63,926 nucleotides of DNA, filler included, from Collodictyon triciliatum (GCA_043381765.1; 9 parts of 9 records of this genome joined end to end with filler, not necessarily neighbours in it), one strand, 5' to 3'. Positions 30,091 to 48,695 are shown, counted from the first letter of the whole stretch. Translations and numbers: made by a program. The notes: generated from the sequence alone by a model not told the origin.

Positions 30091-33000
30091 TCAAAGAGTC
30101 GGGAGGAAGGAATATTCAATCAAGTAGCACGGGACACAGCGCTCTGGGCGCAAAACAACGTGGATTCCAGCGTGACTGAGCCGCAAACAATGGAATTGCT
30201 GCCGACGAGCTTCCTCGCAATATTCCATCCGGTTCCGGGCAAACTCTTGCATGCTCCCTTCAAAGTCGTAGACGTTTCCAGGCTTCACAAGAACAAGCAT
30301 CGCTCTCCAAGTCAACGCCTTATTGGCCTGCTGCTTCGCCGATATGATGAATGAAATTAATATAAGAGTGAATCTGTAGTAATTGACACCGCAAAATATA
30401 TCAGTTGCGAGTTTCAGTTTCCAATCGTTTCTTTCTCTTCTATTCGGGCGGTTCTTTTCTTTTTCTTTTTTTAAAATAAAGAAGAATAAAGAAAAGAAAG
30501 TAAAAACTTGTTTAGTAGAAACATCAGCTGTGGCATATTGATCGACGAGCGACAAATGGCGGCCGATAAGAACACCTCCATTCTGTTCAACCAGACCAGC
30601 AAACCCGTGGTTCATAACATCTGGGCGCAATGTTCGAGTTAGATGAAAGTAGGGATATATCCTATCGTTAAAACGAGATATTCTCAACGAGATTGTAAGG
30701 TGCAAGCACATGCTAGTCATGCGATGTGAAAAATAGCGGGAAATTATCTCTTTACAACAACAACAAAACAAAACAAAACAAAAGTTGTGAAAAGGAACAA
30801 AGTCAAAGGTTCTAATCGAAGATATGAGTAAATAATGAGTGTCTTCATACCAAGGATTAAGTGGTAATCTCCACCAAATAAGAGCATGTCGAGGTTCTGA
30901 CCCAACTCGCTGACCCCATGGTCGAGTTCGTCCATAGAAGCATGCAACTGAGGGGAATAGGTAAATGAGTGAACAAAAACTTACGTACCATGTGCCAACT
31001 GCTTAAAGAAAAATATCATGGTGTTTTATGACCGCGTGTAATCAATAGAGGACGATATTACTCTGGGGTGATAAATCTTGCAGACTCGATGACATTCATA
31101 ACTATGAGAGCAATAATAATCATTACTGCTGCTTCAAAAATGAGGATGTCGCATGGTAATAAGAATAAGAAATTCGGTTCTAGAACGCATATAAAATTCA
31201 TTTTTGGCAGGCTCATAATATATACGCAGAAGCATCACGGCACTTTTTCTTCGATTGAGTCTTGACAAAGTTTTCAGTCAGAACAAAATCAGCGCATGCT
31301 TGGAATTCTGGGTGCTCCGGAATTAAGTCACGGATAATTGGCTTTTTTGAATCCTATATGATGAAAAACAAATAAAAGAAATGTTTACATATACAAACAT
31401 ACATAAGGGCGTGGGTTATATTTTAGGTGATATGAAAAGGATTAAAGTATAAAAACACACATGGCCAATAGGGATGGCGATTGGAGGTATTTGTCCAAAT
31501 TTCATTAGTTTGTGGATAATCGGGATTTGATGTGATGTATATGACTGAGAGCGAATCACATCTATATGTACAAGTAAGAACGAATTTTATAACTTACCTG
31601 CGATTTGCAAGCTGCATATTTATATAAATATATTATTACATTTAAGATTATCGTCCTAGTTACAATTTCTATCTATCTATTTTTTTCTGGATGGAAAAAG
31701 GATGAACCTCTTGCGCCTTTTGAGTTAAACATTTCATGAGCATCTTCAAACTCGTAAGTGTGGAGTCTATTTCTATTCCCAACCATTTGATTGAGCGATT
31801 CTGAAGAGTGATTCTCGTCTAGTTTAAATAAACATTAAGGTTATATAAGTAACAGGTGCTTTGAAACGGGGGAAAAAAACAGGAGCATATGGTGCTCATT
31901 AAGCATTACACTCGACTCTGTCTGTTGGGGATGAAACTGAATTCAAATCTTCTCTAGTTATATCATGTTTCCTGATTGAATTTCGCCCAGCTTTAGCCAA
32001 ATGCATCGGGTTCTGGCTTGAAATGCTCGAAAAGCTATTCGCAGTTGAAACAGAACCAGTTGCGCACTTCTCATAAGTAGCACTGTGTAATGGAAATTAA
32101 GAGGAAATATGATATAAATAATATAGGTTGAATCTGATACAAATAAAAATGTGTTTATGATATACCTCTGTTCATTTCTGGATGATGTGGGCAATTTGGA
32201 ACGGAAAGGCAGTTCAAAGAGGCCCATTTGCTCCGTAAGTACCTTCTGAGAATTTCCTGATACTGGTGTCGAATCTACAACAGTTGTTGAGGATGACACA
32301 TCAGGGTCCGTAACGCTTCTTGAATCAAGCGATTTTTTGTTCGGGGTTTGGTAAAAAATGGAGTTCTGAGAACCGTCGAGCGAGTGTCCAGTCGATGCGT
32401 TTGAGTATGATTCTCGGCGATTTGTGCACGACTGTGCGCGATGGTTAACGAAATGCTCTGTTTGAATACGACGATGGCACATAATTTTCCCTTTGTGACG
32501 GAAACTGACAGGGTCTACTGAGAAATAGAGATGGCAGCAACCAAGATCGTGCGGTTCAAGTTGTTTCAAGTAGGGGAAAAATGAATATGAGAGGAGGCTT
32601 ATGAGAGATATTTTATACATCACAAGTCCCATGTAATTTTTTTTTTCTAAAGTCCGATGTAAAGTTGAAAAAAAAAAAGAATGAAAAAACACCGGAGATA
32701 TGTAAACATACCTCGGCCTGAAGATGAGCTAAGACTGTTTTCGTTTCCTTCTTGGCTGCTTAAAATACTTGAATCAAGCACTAAATCTGTCTGCACTCCT
32801 CTCGACCTCAAGTACATCTTAATAAATTTAAGGAAATAGCAATATTCCGCATATAAAAATAGCAGCATGATACAAATAACACAATATTCATACAGTAGAT
32901 TATTATTACTAATATTGATTTTTTTTTTTAGAAAATATAATGGGGATACAATCTTAGATCGTGATTCATCTGTTTCTCTAGCACGTAGTGTTGTCTTGGG

Positions 33001-33928
33001 ATATACAATATCTGAAAAAGGATTGGACACAGGAGTAATTGAGGAACCAGTCCGAGAGCTATTTGAATGGTGGCTCGAAGATGAGGCACCGTTCACTCTG
33101 TGGGGCAGGGGTTTTCTATGATCATTAGATAAGAGCTTCTCTTGATTACTTAGTGCTCGTCTGGCTCCTATATTCTTCGTTACATTCCGTGATTCGCTAT
33201 GAAAGGGCGGAATATGCTTTGTTCCATACGGGTATTGGGCTGATTGGGCACGAGTCTTTGTCCGAGACCGAGACCGTGGAGGTGAAATGGTTATGACATC
33301 ACTAATAGAATCAGAACGGGTAATCACCTTGGTTCGAGAAGCTAAGTTTCGGTCGATATGTTCGTCTTTGCTTTTCGTTTGTTTTTCTCTTGATATGTTC
33401 ATTTCCCGTTTAATCAGTTGTTGACGGTAATAGTCAAACAAACCCGGGTTATGAGTATTTTCGTATCGCGCCGGTAAATTGCCCGTTGGTGTTGCCTCAA
33501 CAGCGCCATTCATTTCCAGGTGCTGTAAAGAATGCATTTGGGTTGATTCTGAATTGTACAAATGACTTCTGTCCTGAGATTGACTTTGGATAGTTGATTT
33601 TGTTTGTTTCGAAGAAGGCAGGGATAAATCAGCCTGTGTTGATACAGCTTTTGAGAAGGGTTTGGAGCCGTTGCTTTCAGAGTCAGATTCTGTTGCTTTT
33701 TCGTGCAGTTTGATATTGTGGGGTTCGCAGTTACCCCGTGGCGAGTTTTGTGAGAAAGATTCGGTCGTCTTATTGGATAGGTCTGCTGCTTGAAGACAAA
33801 AATGAGGAGACTCTTGAGTGATTTCATATGGGCCTTCTGGTTCTGCTGCGTCATTGAAGTACTTTCGAGGCTTTCGGCTTGTTCCCTTTTGGTCTATTCG
33901 TATCCTATGTTTTCCATGAGACATTACA

Positions 33929-34025
<97 letters not shown>

Positions 34026-34845
34026 TAAACTCAAAGTTCATCACAGAACTCTAATTTAACTTAATATTAAAAGGTTATGTATATCAACACACCTTCTTGA
34101 TAAAATAATAATGGTATTGGATTTGTCAAACTACACCAATTCAAGCTTCAAACCTTGTTTGTGTCTCTTTCAGTCGGCTTTGAATCTCGTGTGTTGTTTG
34201 TTCGACATTTGGAGATTCTTCTAAAATATTTGATACATTTGCATGCATCCTTATGCGCGATATTTTATCCTGAAAGGTGATTGAGCATTAGAAAAACTAG
34301 TTTAGTTTATTTTATCTTACTTAGAAATGAATTAAAGAATAAGTACGCCACACTTAGTGTTAAACTCCACTTACGAAGGCGGGTATAATCAATAATTATT
34401 TTTTTTTACGAGCATGTGTAGTCTTAGAAAAATCAATATAATATTTATTCTGAATCTAACCCTGGCTTTGTCTCTCATGTTTCTATCAATTACATGCATA
34501 GCTTGCTCATCCATTACATTATCGACTGTCTTTTTGTAGTGGTCCAGCCTGTCGATAAGGCGGTTTCTATTGGCAACAGTTTAGAGAAAATAATAAAATA
34601 ATTCGTTATTCATTCTTGAAATTATTATCGCTAAGATGAATTCTATAAAAAATCAAATCGCACCGATTTTTTCTAATGATAAAATAGAGTAAGTTGAATT
34701 TAAAGACGATAATGTAATTTTCGAGGTACATATATGAACAGGATATATTTTATTTACGGGAACCTTCTTTCGATCAATCTTTCCTCCTCCGCTTTGATAA
34801 TATCTGCATAAATACTCCGCATGCTGGTACTTCTTTTTGATATCA
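30091..34845 (-). CDS. Large Ser-rich low-complexity protein with C-terminal degenerate PARP/ADP-ribosyltransferase-like domain (5'-partial, multi-exon)
   Basis: Phase-consistent exons from ~34845 into a long Ser/Thr-rich exon (33904-32940). C-terminal exons carry MLLFGG...DVMNHGF...GGVLIGRHLSLVDQYA...AMLVLVKPGNVY...IHVVLRPERCVPCYLIEY*, colinear with PARP catalytic motifs. Some exon joins are unresolved. Confidence 0.55.
33929..34025. repeat. Intronic (AAT)n microsatellite
   Basis: Perfect trinucleotide run; produces the false poly-Leu N-terminus of ORF 32647..34044. Confidence 0.98.
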
Positions 34846-34906
34846 CAACATTAAGCGGTGATATATCTGTTTTTTTTTTTTTTTTTTTTTTTTTTCTTTT
34901 TTTTGT

Positions 34907-34945
<39 letters not shown>

Positions 34946-35094
34946 GATATTAATAAATCACATGAAACCAAATTATATTCCAAATGTTTGATACATCATA
35001 AGGCTTATCATTTCAAACGGTAATTTGCATCCGTACAATAGTCCCTGATTTAGTAATTTTGAATGATTAGTGCGGAAGAGTACACATTCGATGA

Positions 35095-35491
35095 AGAAAT
35101 AAGAAATACAATAAGAAATACAATAAGAAATACAATAAGAAATACAATAAGAAATACAATAAGAAATATAATAAGAAATATAATAAGAAATATAATAAGA
35201 AATACAATAAGAAATACAATAAGAAATACAATAAGAAATACAATAAGAAATACAATAAGAAATACAATAAGAAATACAATAAGAAATACAATAAGAAATA
35301 CAAAAAGAAATACAAAAAGAAATACAAAAAGAAATACAAAAAGAAATACAAAAAGAAATACAAAAAGAAATACAAAAAGAAATACAAAAACAAAACAAAA
35401 ACAAAACAAAAATAAAACAAAAATAAAACAAAAATAAAACAAAAATAAAACAAAAATAAAACAAAAATAAAACAAAAATAAAAAAAAAAAA
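35095..35491. repeat. 12-bp minisatellite (AATAAGAAATAC)n changing stepwise to (AAAAAGAAATAC)n and then an 11-bp (AAAAATAAAAC)n
   Basis: Visible blockwise variants running to the contig end. Confidence 0.97.
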
Positions 35492-35591
35492 NNNNNNNNN
35501 NNNNNNNNNNNNNNNNNNNNNNNNNNNNNNNNNNNTTAATTAATTAANNNNNNNNNNNNNNNNNNNNNNNNNNNNNNNNNNNNNNNNNNNN
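35492..35591. other. Artificial contig linker
   Basis: N44-TTAATTAATTAA-N44. Confidence 0.99.
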
Positions 35592-36083
35592 AACTAGTCG
35601 ACCAATGTGACTATGGTACTCCAGACCAATGCCCAACACAAACGGCACGTTCGATACCACACAGTATTTCGCTCGCCTTGCGTCAGTCTTTTTTTTTTGG
35701 GTGTTGCAATGCCAAAACAATCAGATTACATTATCCACAATTAGAAAATATTTCTGGAAAATAGCGCTATTTAGTTTCCATCACTTTTTTTTTGCATCGG
35801 CCAGAAGACCAGTCACTCCTTACAAAGTTCTCGGCATCAAGGATGCAGTTTACGTGACGATAGATTTCGACAGAACCACAGTCGTATTTTACCTTTGCTC
35901 TCTTACATGTCTCCTATTGATGCTGTTGCTGGATCCTGCAGCTGTTTCTTTTCCATCTCCGGACGGGCTTTGCCTTCGTCCCAGGCGATCATTTCGAGGT
36001 CGCTGCTAAAACAGCTTTGTCGGCAGGTTTTTTTTTCCCACGTGCAAAGGCGTGGTGGATTTTGGACTGTAACGCCGTAGGCC

Positions 36084-41023
<4,940 letters not shown>

Positions 41024-42498
41024 CACAGGAATCTTCTGCGCATTATCTATTCGATGTTGACTTTGCAATGTGATTTCAGAATGTCTTTTGTATCACTTTT
41101 CTTATCAGATGAGACAACAATCCCTTTCGACAAATTCTATCAGAGAATCATTCATTCGACCCCAACCTTTTCTTCTGTGTTTTGTATCCGATTTGAAAAT
41201 TTATATTTGCACGGGAGATGCACTCGGTCTGTGTTTTATAAACCTTTCATAATGCTTCTCGTACCTAACTGCCCCACTTTCCTTGCAACCGTGTGAATTT
41301 ACTGCCATAATATCACAACCTCGAAGCCTTTGTGAATATATATTCAAAATAAACGCCACAGTTAAAAGCTTCGTATTTGTGACAGAAAACTATGTATAAT
41401 TTATTTTTTTTTCGTTTGTCATGCAGAAGGGAAGGGAAAAACCCTGACAAATCAAAGAATATCGGACAATGCATCAAACCCTTCCAGCTGGTTCTATCCT
41501 ACAGCCTAAAGCACCACCACCCGTAGATAGATAGCAAGTAGCCCTTCAATTCCGATGCATATCTGACATAATCCGAATCATATCTCATTTTCCTCGCTCA
41601 AACACCCTTCGTTTCCCTTGCTGGCTTTGCTTGCGAGCTTTCAACCTATGCAACGGATGTGGCGTTTGCAACCTGCAAAATTACAAATTCCAGAAGTAAA
41701 CATCCTAATTAAATTTAAAATACAAATTCAAATAATAAATCAGGTCGTCCCTTTTATCTTTTTTTTTCCTTCGAAGAGGTTCCGTATCGTCACTTAGTTG
41801 GGCGAATGGCAACCTGCAAACAATCACCCCCCGTTGTCTCATTGCCATCACCGCCCGAAGAATGCGCGAGAGAGCCAATCATCATGAAGAACAAGGAGGA
41901 AAGAATGTCGGGGACGCAGCATATGTTAAAGCAATCACGCCAAGACATTTGCTGATGCGTTCATTCTACACTCAAATAATCCAATGCTCCTTCAGCATCC
42001 CTTCACAGCTGTGCTCATGAACCATATCACCCTTGATTAAGACGTTGAAACCCATGCAAATTCCTTCGAAATATAAACATTCGAAAGATAGTTGTTTTCT
42101 AGTATTTCAAACCTCTGTCACGCTCAGTAGCGAGCTGCTCCCTTCACAACACCCACTTATTATAAACATTCAAATGCACAATCCCCTTTACGCGCGCCTT
42201 CAAAAGCTGGCCGACATATATCCTCGCAACCTAACCCACATCGCCAAAGCAAGCCACATACCTTTCCACTCCACTGCCTACCTCGAACCCATGGCAGGAT
42301 GAATCAGCCTCGTTCTGTCTCATCTCAGTCTGTTCACCCACTTTCTCACCATGTCTCGTCCAATAGCTTCCAGCCGAATCATCAAGGAGTTCGCCTCTGC
42401 AATATCTTCCTTACAAGAGCCAGCGTCCTAAAGCCGCCACACTTCCAAGCCACTCAAACAAAGAAATCCATATTATGAATGTAAGTCTTGAAAGAACC

Positions 42499-42604
42499 AC
42501 TCACTCACTCACTCACTCACTCACTCACTCACTCACTCACTCACTCACTCACTCACTCACTCACTCACTCACTCACTCACTCACTCACTCACTCACTCAC
42601 TCAC
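42499..42604. repeat. (CTCA)n microsatellite at contig end
   Basis: Perfect run. Confidence 0.98.
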
Positions 42605-42704
42605 NNNNNNNNNNNNNNNNNNNNNNNNNNNNNNNNNNNNNNNNNNNNTTAATTAATTAANNNNNNNNNNNNNNNNNNNNNNNNNNNNNNNNNNNNNNNN
42701 NNNN
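42605..42704. other. Artificial contig linker
   Basis: N44-TTAATTAATTAA-N44. Confidence 0.99.
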
Positions 42705-42810
42705 ATACATACATACATACATACATACATACATACATACATACATACATACATACATACATACATACATACATACATACATACATACATACATACATAC
42801 ATACATACAT
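42705..42810. repeat. (TACA)n microsatellite at contig start
   Basis: Perfect run. Confidence 0.98.
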
Positions 42811-42841
42811 CATGAATGAAATGACTAATTATGACCAATAG

Positions 42842-42968
42842 GGATTTGAAGCCTGAGAATATTCTGATGGATGAGAAAGGAGATATCAAAATTATCGATT
42901 TCGGGCTATCCAATCTCCTACGACGCGAAAATGGATTAAAATCAAGGTGAATTCAGTTTGCCTCCTTT

Positions 42969-43004
<36 letters not shown>

Positions 43005-44011
43005 CATGAGGAAGATGGGTCAATTACAATCGAACAATTCAACCTGATTATGTGCCAAAAAACCAATTTTTTTTTCGCCCAAAATCGTTTCAAAAGTTGC
43101 TAATGCCTTGCAGATGAATCGTGCGATAGTTTGGTGAATTAGATACTATGTAAAACAAAGAAGATAAGTTGGCACCTAATTGACATCCAACTAGATGCGG
43201 ATCGCCTTATTATGTCGCTCCAGAGATGATTCTTGGAAAAGGATATGGCGCACCCGCAGATGTCTGGTCTATGGGGGTGATTTTGTATAGCATGGTCACC
43301 GGGGATGTTCCATTCATGGACACTTCTCTCAAAAGTCTCCTACAAAAGATTGTTGATGGAGCATATGAGATTCCAGCCTTTGTCTCTCAGGGTAAAGACA
43401 TGATATTTATTGCATCCGGCATGTTTTTCAAATTTTATGCATCTCATTTCATCAAGTATGAAACAGCTTCTCTCTAAGACCATATGTTTGTTGAGGAAAA
43501 ATCTATTAAACATTCAAAAACTGATAAATTGTGTTAAATAGATGCCAGAGCCCTAATCAAGATGATACTTGTCACTGATCCGAATAAAAGAGCCACCATC
43601 AATATGATTAGAAGGCATTCATGGATGGCTGAATACGTTGGTGAGAATGACCGTTCCTTTACGGGAATCCCTATTCAGAAACCATATGACTTTGATATCA
43701 TACAAAGAATGGGCGAAGCTGGCTACGACCCTTTGGCAGTGTACGATGCCATTGAATCAAAATCATATAATGGTATGACAAACATGTATAAACTCTTGTT
43801 AAGCCAAAAGATCTACAGAGAATCGAAGGAGAAAACACTGCAAGAAAGAAAATTACAGTCCGATAGCCACAGTCAACACCCTGGCCCAGTTGCAACAACA
43901 TCTAGTGAGGTTATGCATGCAAAAGCTGAGGGGAAAACAATGGGCTTGGCCCCAAACATCTCAAAAATACAAGATATTACCTCATATTCTATTAAAGCAA
44001 CCAATGATTAG
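42842..44011 (+). CDS. AMPK/SNF1/MARK-related (CAMKL) Ser/Thr kinase with UBA domain, 5'-partial (3 exons seen)
   Basis: [24 protein letters not shown]...[21 protein letters not shown]...[19 protein letters not shown]...|[20 protein letters not shown]...HSW, then a UBA-like segment [14 protein letters not shown]...[14 protein letters not shown]. Confidence 0.92.
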
Positions 44012-44313
44012 TCTGTGGTATAGAATCATTAAAACTAGATGAAATAATAACAGTAAATCAAAATTCAATGAATAAAATGAATTAATATGAATTATATTAT
44101 ATAATTGTGATAGCAAGAGTGGGTTTACCTTAAAAATTTTTTTATTCAAAATGTATTTAATTATCATTAAAGGAAAACACCGAATGAGTGCGAGATCCAC
44201 TCAAATACAAAACGATACAAAATAGAAAATTGATGCAGGATTTCAGCTTTTATTAATTGGATTGAATCGAGCGGGAATGTGCGAAGGCGGAAGTAGGCTG
44301 TGCACATAACACA

Positions 44314-47300
44314 CTATTTCGCACCAGCTATCTTCTTCAGACGTTCGACTTCTCGTTCCAACTCAGTACAGCGCGAGGCATAAAACATGGCGTCCTGCGT
44401 TTACGAATATTATCAGCAAATTTAGAGGGGATATTGCTTTGTTGGTATATGAATTCATCATTATAATAAAGGTGAGCGAATCCTCTGTACACTTGGCGTG
44501 AATCAGTTGAATAAGAGTATGAAAATAAAATTGGTAATCCGGACCTGTATGGTGTCCTGCAAAAGACCATTATACTTGTGTGTCGTTTCTTGTCTTTCAG
44601 TTTCAAAATGCTCGCGGTATCGCCTAAATACCTATTTTTCAAATTATGCATTTTAATTAATTATTTTTATAGCTATTTGTGTACAAACTAGTTGACATTA
44701 AAAGTGACATACTTGAAAGAACTGTAGTTGTTGTTTTTCTAGTTCTAGCTGCATCTGCTCTTGCAGGTTCGTTTTATCTTTTTCACCATCCTCTACTTGT
44801 TTCTCAAGCATTTTGACCTTTTCAATTTTTCGATAAATAAAAATAAAGAAAAAATCGATCATGAAAGTGTGTTCTGGTGAGGTGTAAAAAACAAATAAGT
44901 TTGAGTAGCTTAATTCCAATATTTCTTGTGTGACAATCACCCTGGTTTCCAGGAGAGCCTTCTCTGAATCCTTCTCGAGGTTCTAAAAAATAAAATTAAA
45001 AAAAATGACTAAATTGTTCATAGTGCCAATAAAAAGGAACATCGCTTTTTTTCTCCCAATTATAACACAGTCGGTTAAACTCTAAATCTTTTATTTCATT
45101 CTTTGTGAATATAAAAAATAATTCATAGATAAAAAAGACAAAAAAAAAGCCAAAAAAGCCAAAAAAAGCCAAAAAAAAAGCCAAAAAAAAGACAAAAAAA
45201 GACAAAAAAGACAAAAAAGACAAAAAAGACAAAAAAAGACAAAAAAAAGCCAAAAAAAAAGCCAAAAAAAAAGCCAAAAAAGCCAAAAAAGACAAAAAAG
45301 ACAAAGGTTCAAACCTGCATCTCAAGTTTTACAAACTCTTCAACCGTGATAGACTGTGCCTTCGCAGCAAAGCGTTTCTCAGCATCCACATGCAGCTTTC
45401 GTTTTTCCTCGGCCAATTTATCCTCCATCTTCTTCCTTTCTTCTTGCAACAGTCGTTCGTTTTCGTCTTGGATTCGCTTTTTCTCCTGCTCTATAATAGC
45501 CTTGCGCATTTCCTCACTCATTTCACTTGGCAGCATAACTGGAGCTTTTCCCTCTTCTTTCTCCTGTTTCTGCTTCTCTGTAATCTCTTGGATTTTTACT
45601 TTCAGCTTCTTTAACCTATTTGCTTCATCCTGAACAGTAGCCTTCAGGCCTTGAATCTTTCCCGCCAATGTCTTAGCCTCGGTTGAATCTACTTGTCCTG
45701 AATTGTGCACGATTTATTTCGATTAAATGTCAGATAGAACTTCAGCCGTTTGTATCAATATTTTTCATGCTAATCAAGTTGATGAAGTAAATATTTATGA
45801 AAAAGGCGGAATGAGGCATAATCGAATCGGAATATCCTCATAGTTCAAAAGGGAATGACAATCACCGTTCTGTTTCATTTCCTGGTATTTTTTCATGTCT
45901 GTCTGCAATTCTACCATCATCTCATCTACTCTGGCCTTGGATTCCTTGTATGAAGTCACGTAATCCTCCTTCTCTGTCCTCATGGTATCCAGCCTTTCCT
46001 TCAGCTTCAGATTCTCAGACCGCAAATTCTCCATAACAGTTTCCAGCATACCACGGGCAGCCAGATTTCGTGTTCCTTCTTGTTCAAACATTTTGGAAAC
46101 CCGCTCTTTTTCTTCCCATGCCTGCTTTTTTGCATATTCCAGGTCCTGAATAACTTCTTCCATACGTTCCAGCTTCGTCTGGTCTTCAGATGACATTTGT
46201 CCTCCACTGGAGCCGCCACCAACAGCGATCTGTTGACGCAGCTTTTCAATTTCTTCACGAAGCTCTCGAATAATTCGGGCATTTGCATCTTCGTTCTTTC
46301 GGGCAATATTCTGGATATTTTTAGCACGGTTGGCATATTCCAGGGTGCTTCTCGTTTCTTCATAGCTGTCATCTAATGCATATAGGGGTGTTAGACTTGG
46401 ATATCAATTATTTCTTGTGAGATTGCTTCGAATATGCATACGAATAAACAATAAATAATCACATAATATTTATAAGTTAATATCACACAAAGATTGAATC
46501 AGAACCTGCGGGAGAGAGAGCGCACAACATAACTGTCAGAGTGTTTCCTCCGAGAGACTCTTGTAGAATACGCGTAAGCTTTGAATCACGGTAAGGGACG
46601 TGTCCTTTCTTTTTCTCAGGGTCAGCCAAAGCATTAATGACGTTTCCCAAGGCACTTAAGCTAACAGATCAAATTTTATTAGAATTTGTGAAATATGAAA
46701 AATAGGAATGTGGTAGAATACTAACCTCTTGTTAATAGCAGCACCTTCTTTTAAACGGTCTCCAGTTGCTCCAGTTCGAGCAGCACGTTCAGAACCTTAC
46801 GGTTACAAACACGATTTTATCAAGAGAATGAATACATTAGTCGTATTGATTGCAGTTTAGGTTCCATATTTTATTTGATGATGAACAATTATTGACCAGC
46901 AAGATCGACGAGATTGATCTTTGAAGCAAGTGCTTTTGCATTTTCGGTTCCTTGCTTATCTCTTTGCTCGATTTTGAGAATGAAAACGCTGTGTGAACTA
47001 TAGCAGCAAAAAGTTTTCAGTACATATTTACAATTTTGTTTTCATCAAATTATGAACTATTATAATAGTAACAATAAACTGCAATAATTATACATATTTT
47101 TCTTTTCTAATTTTAACAAATATACCCACCGGGAACTTTGCTCATTCATATTTGTGGCGGCAACTGATCTGGCCTTGGTTCCTTGGTCTATATAGCGTTC
47201 GACTTCCTCGTTAGTTTTTACAACAAGTTCAGCAAGACCATCGACATATCTGGGGAAAAAAAAGGGATTTAATACGATCGATGACATTCTTGGCGCTGGA

Positions 47301-48695
47301 TGCCAGATAAACATCAAGAATAAGACCATATAGAAATTATGAAAGAGCTCAAACATTCCAAGCTTTGGGTGTTCACGAATCTTCAAATCACGGTCCGTCG
47401 GATTTAGCAAATCTAGTTTTATTCAGATTGAGTGAGTACTAGACCTCAAAAAGAAATAATCAGAAAAAAAAAGAAGATATTTTGTTATCTAGTCAAATTA
47501 CCGTGGATAACTTCATTGTATATTTCCAAGTAAGATACGGTGACTAGAAACTGCTTTTCTTCAGATGATTTGATGTATTTGAAGATGTCTTGATTCATCT
47601 AGGTTTGATGGCGTTTTATATCGGGTCGAGATTATATAGTGGGGTTATTTTAATGCAATTATAAGAATGAAGCCGATACTTTCGGTATAATTCCTATGTT
47701 GGTACCATAACCCATCATGGAGAACGATTTACCACTTCCAGTTTGACCATATCTATTTCATGACAATGGAACGCATTACGGAATTGTTTTTTTTAGCATG
47801 ATAAAGTGGAGTGCATGATTAAACAGGTTACTCGAAAAGTGAAATACAACATAACGAGCGTATATGGTTTAATGACATTAAAAGAAAAGTACGCAAAGAT
47901 GGTGCTATTATATCCCTCAAAGGCTTTGTTCATGAGGGGAATTCCAAGGTCTCTATATACCTATATATTTTGCACGATTTCATGAGTGAACTGTATAACT
48001 AGATGCATAGAATACCCATAGCAACATTTTCTACCCTTACAGACCTCGTCTTGAGTCGAATTTGTAAAGTAACTGAAATCAAACGTAAACGTCTTGTCCT
48101 GTAAGTAAGAGTCAACGATTCAGTTTTTTCCGCAGAAGAAATCGGGTAAATCGTATCGAGTATGTATGTTTCGTATGAGACAGATGGCAGCGAAATCATT
48201 ACGCGACCAGTGGCCGGGTCTGTGATACTTGTTGTTTGTCCATTCATGTTCAGACATATTTTGGCGTTGGCTCCTTTTTCTCTCTCTGTTCATTTCATCA
48301 CATGTGCGTTGAATAAAAGTCGATGTAATTGAGAAAAAATGAGAGGAAAGTGAGAATATGGGGAACCCTGGAAAGAAGATATATTATATACACAGAAATA
48401 GAAATAGAAATAGAAATAGAAATAGAAATAGAAATAGAAATAGAAATAGAAATAGAAATAGAAATAGAAACAGAAACAGAAACATAAAGAATAAGATAAA
48501 AATAAAGAATTTGATATATATGCAATCAAAGTAGAGAGTAAATAAACCATTCAAAGGACGCGCACGAACAGCGACCTATATTTTATTTTTAGGTATAAGA
48601 GGAGAAAATAAATAAAAGCAAGAGTGAGTCTTGTGAGTTTCACAGCATGGCTGAGTCCGTAAGTGTCTCTATACCTTTATATTTTGGGCTGACAT
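44314..48695 (-). CDS. N-terminal-motor kinesin (kinesin-3-like motor) with coiled-coil tail, complete, multi-exon
   Basis: [14 protein letters not shown]...|[10 protein letters not shown]...[20 protein letters not shown] (P-loop)...VSYLEIYNE...DLL...IREHPKLG...NEQSSR|SHSVF (switch I)...[11 protein letters not shown] (switch II)...SLSALGNVI...[20 protein letters not shown]...[16 protein letters not shown]. The coiled-coil tail ends ...[16 protein letters not shown]. Confidence 0.95.
45130..45306. repeat. Intronic degenerate A-rich repeat (AAAAAAGCC/AAAAAAGAC)n
   Basis: Visible 9-11-bp units. Confidence 0.93.
48394..48485. repeat. Intronic (GAAATA)n microsatellite
   Basis: Perfect run. Confidence 0.97.

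Noticed and set aside
33929-34044. Poly-Leu 'signal peptide' on the 465-aa ORF
   Set aside because: An (AAT)n microsatellite inside an intron; the real exon starts at the CATAG acceptor near 33905.
35095-35390. Possible CRISPR-like array
   Set aside because: Head-to-tail 12-mers with no unique spacers, in eukaryotic context.
41400-42480. Coding-like, C-rich stretch ending in a GTAAGT donor after CDKL5
   Set aside because: Could be more CDKL5 tail or another gene, but I could not establish a consistent frame or recognisable motif.
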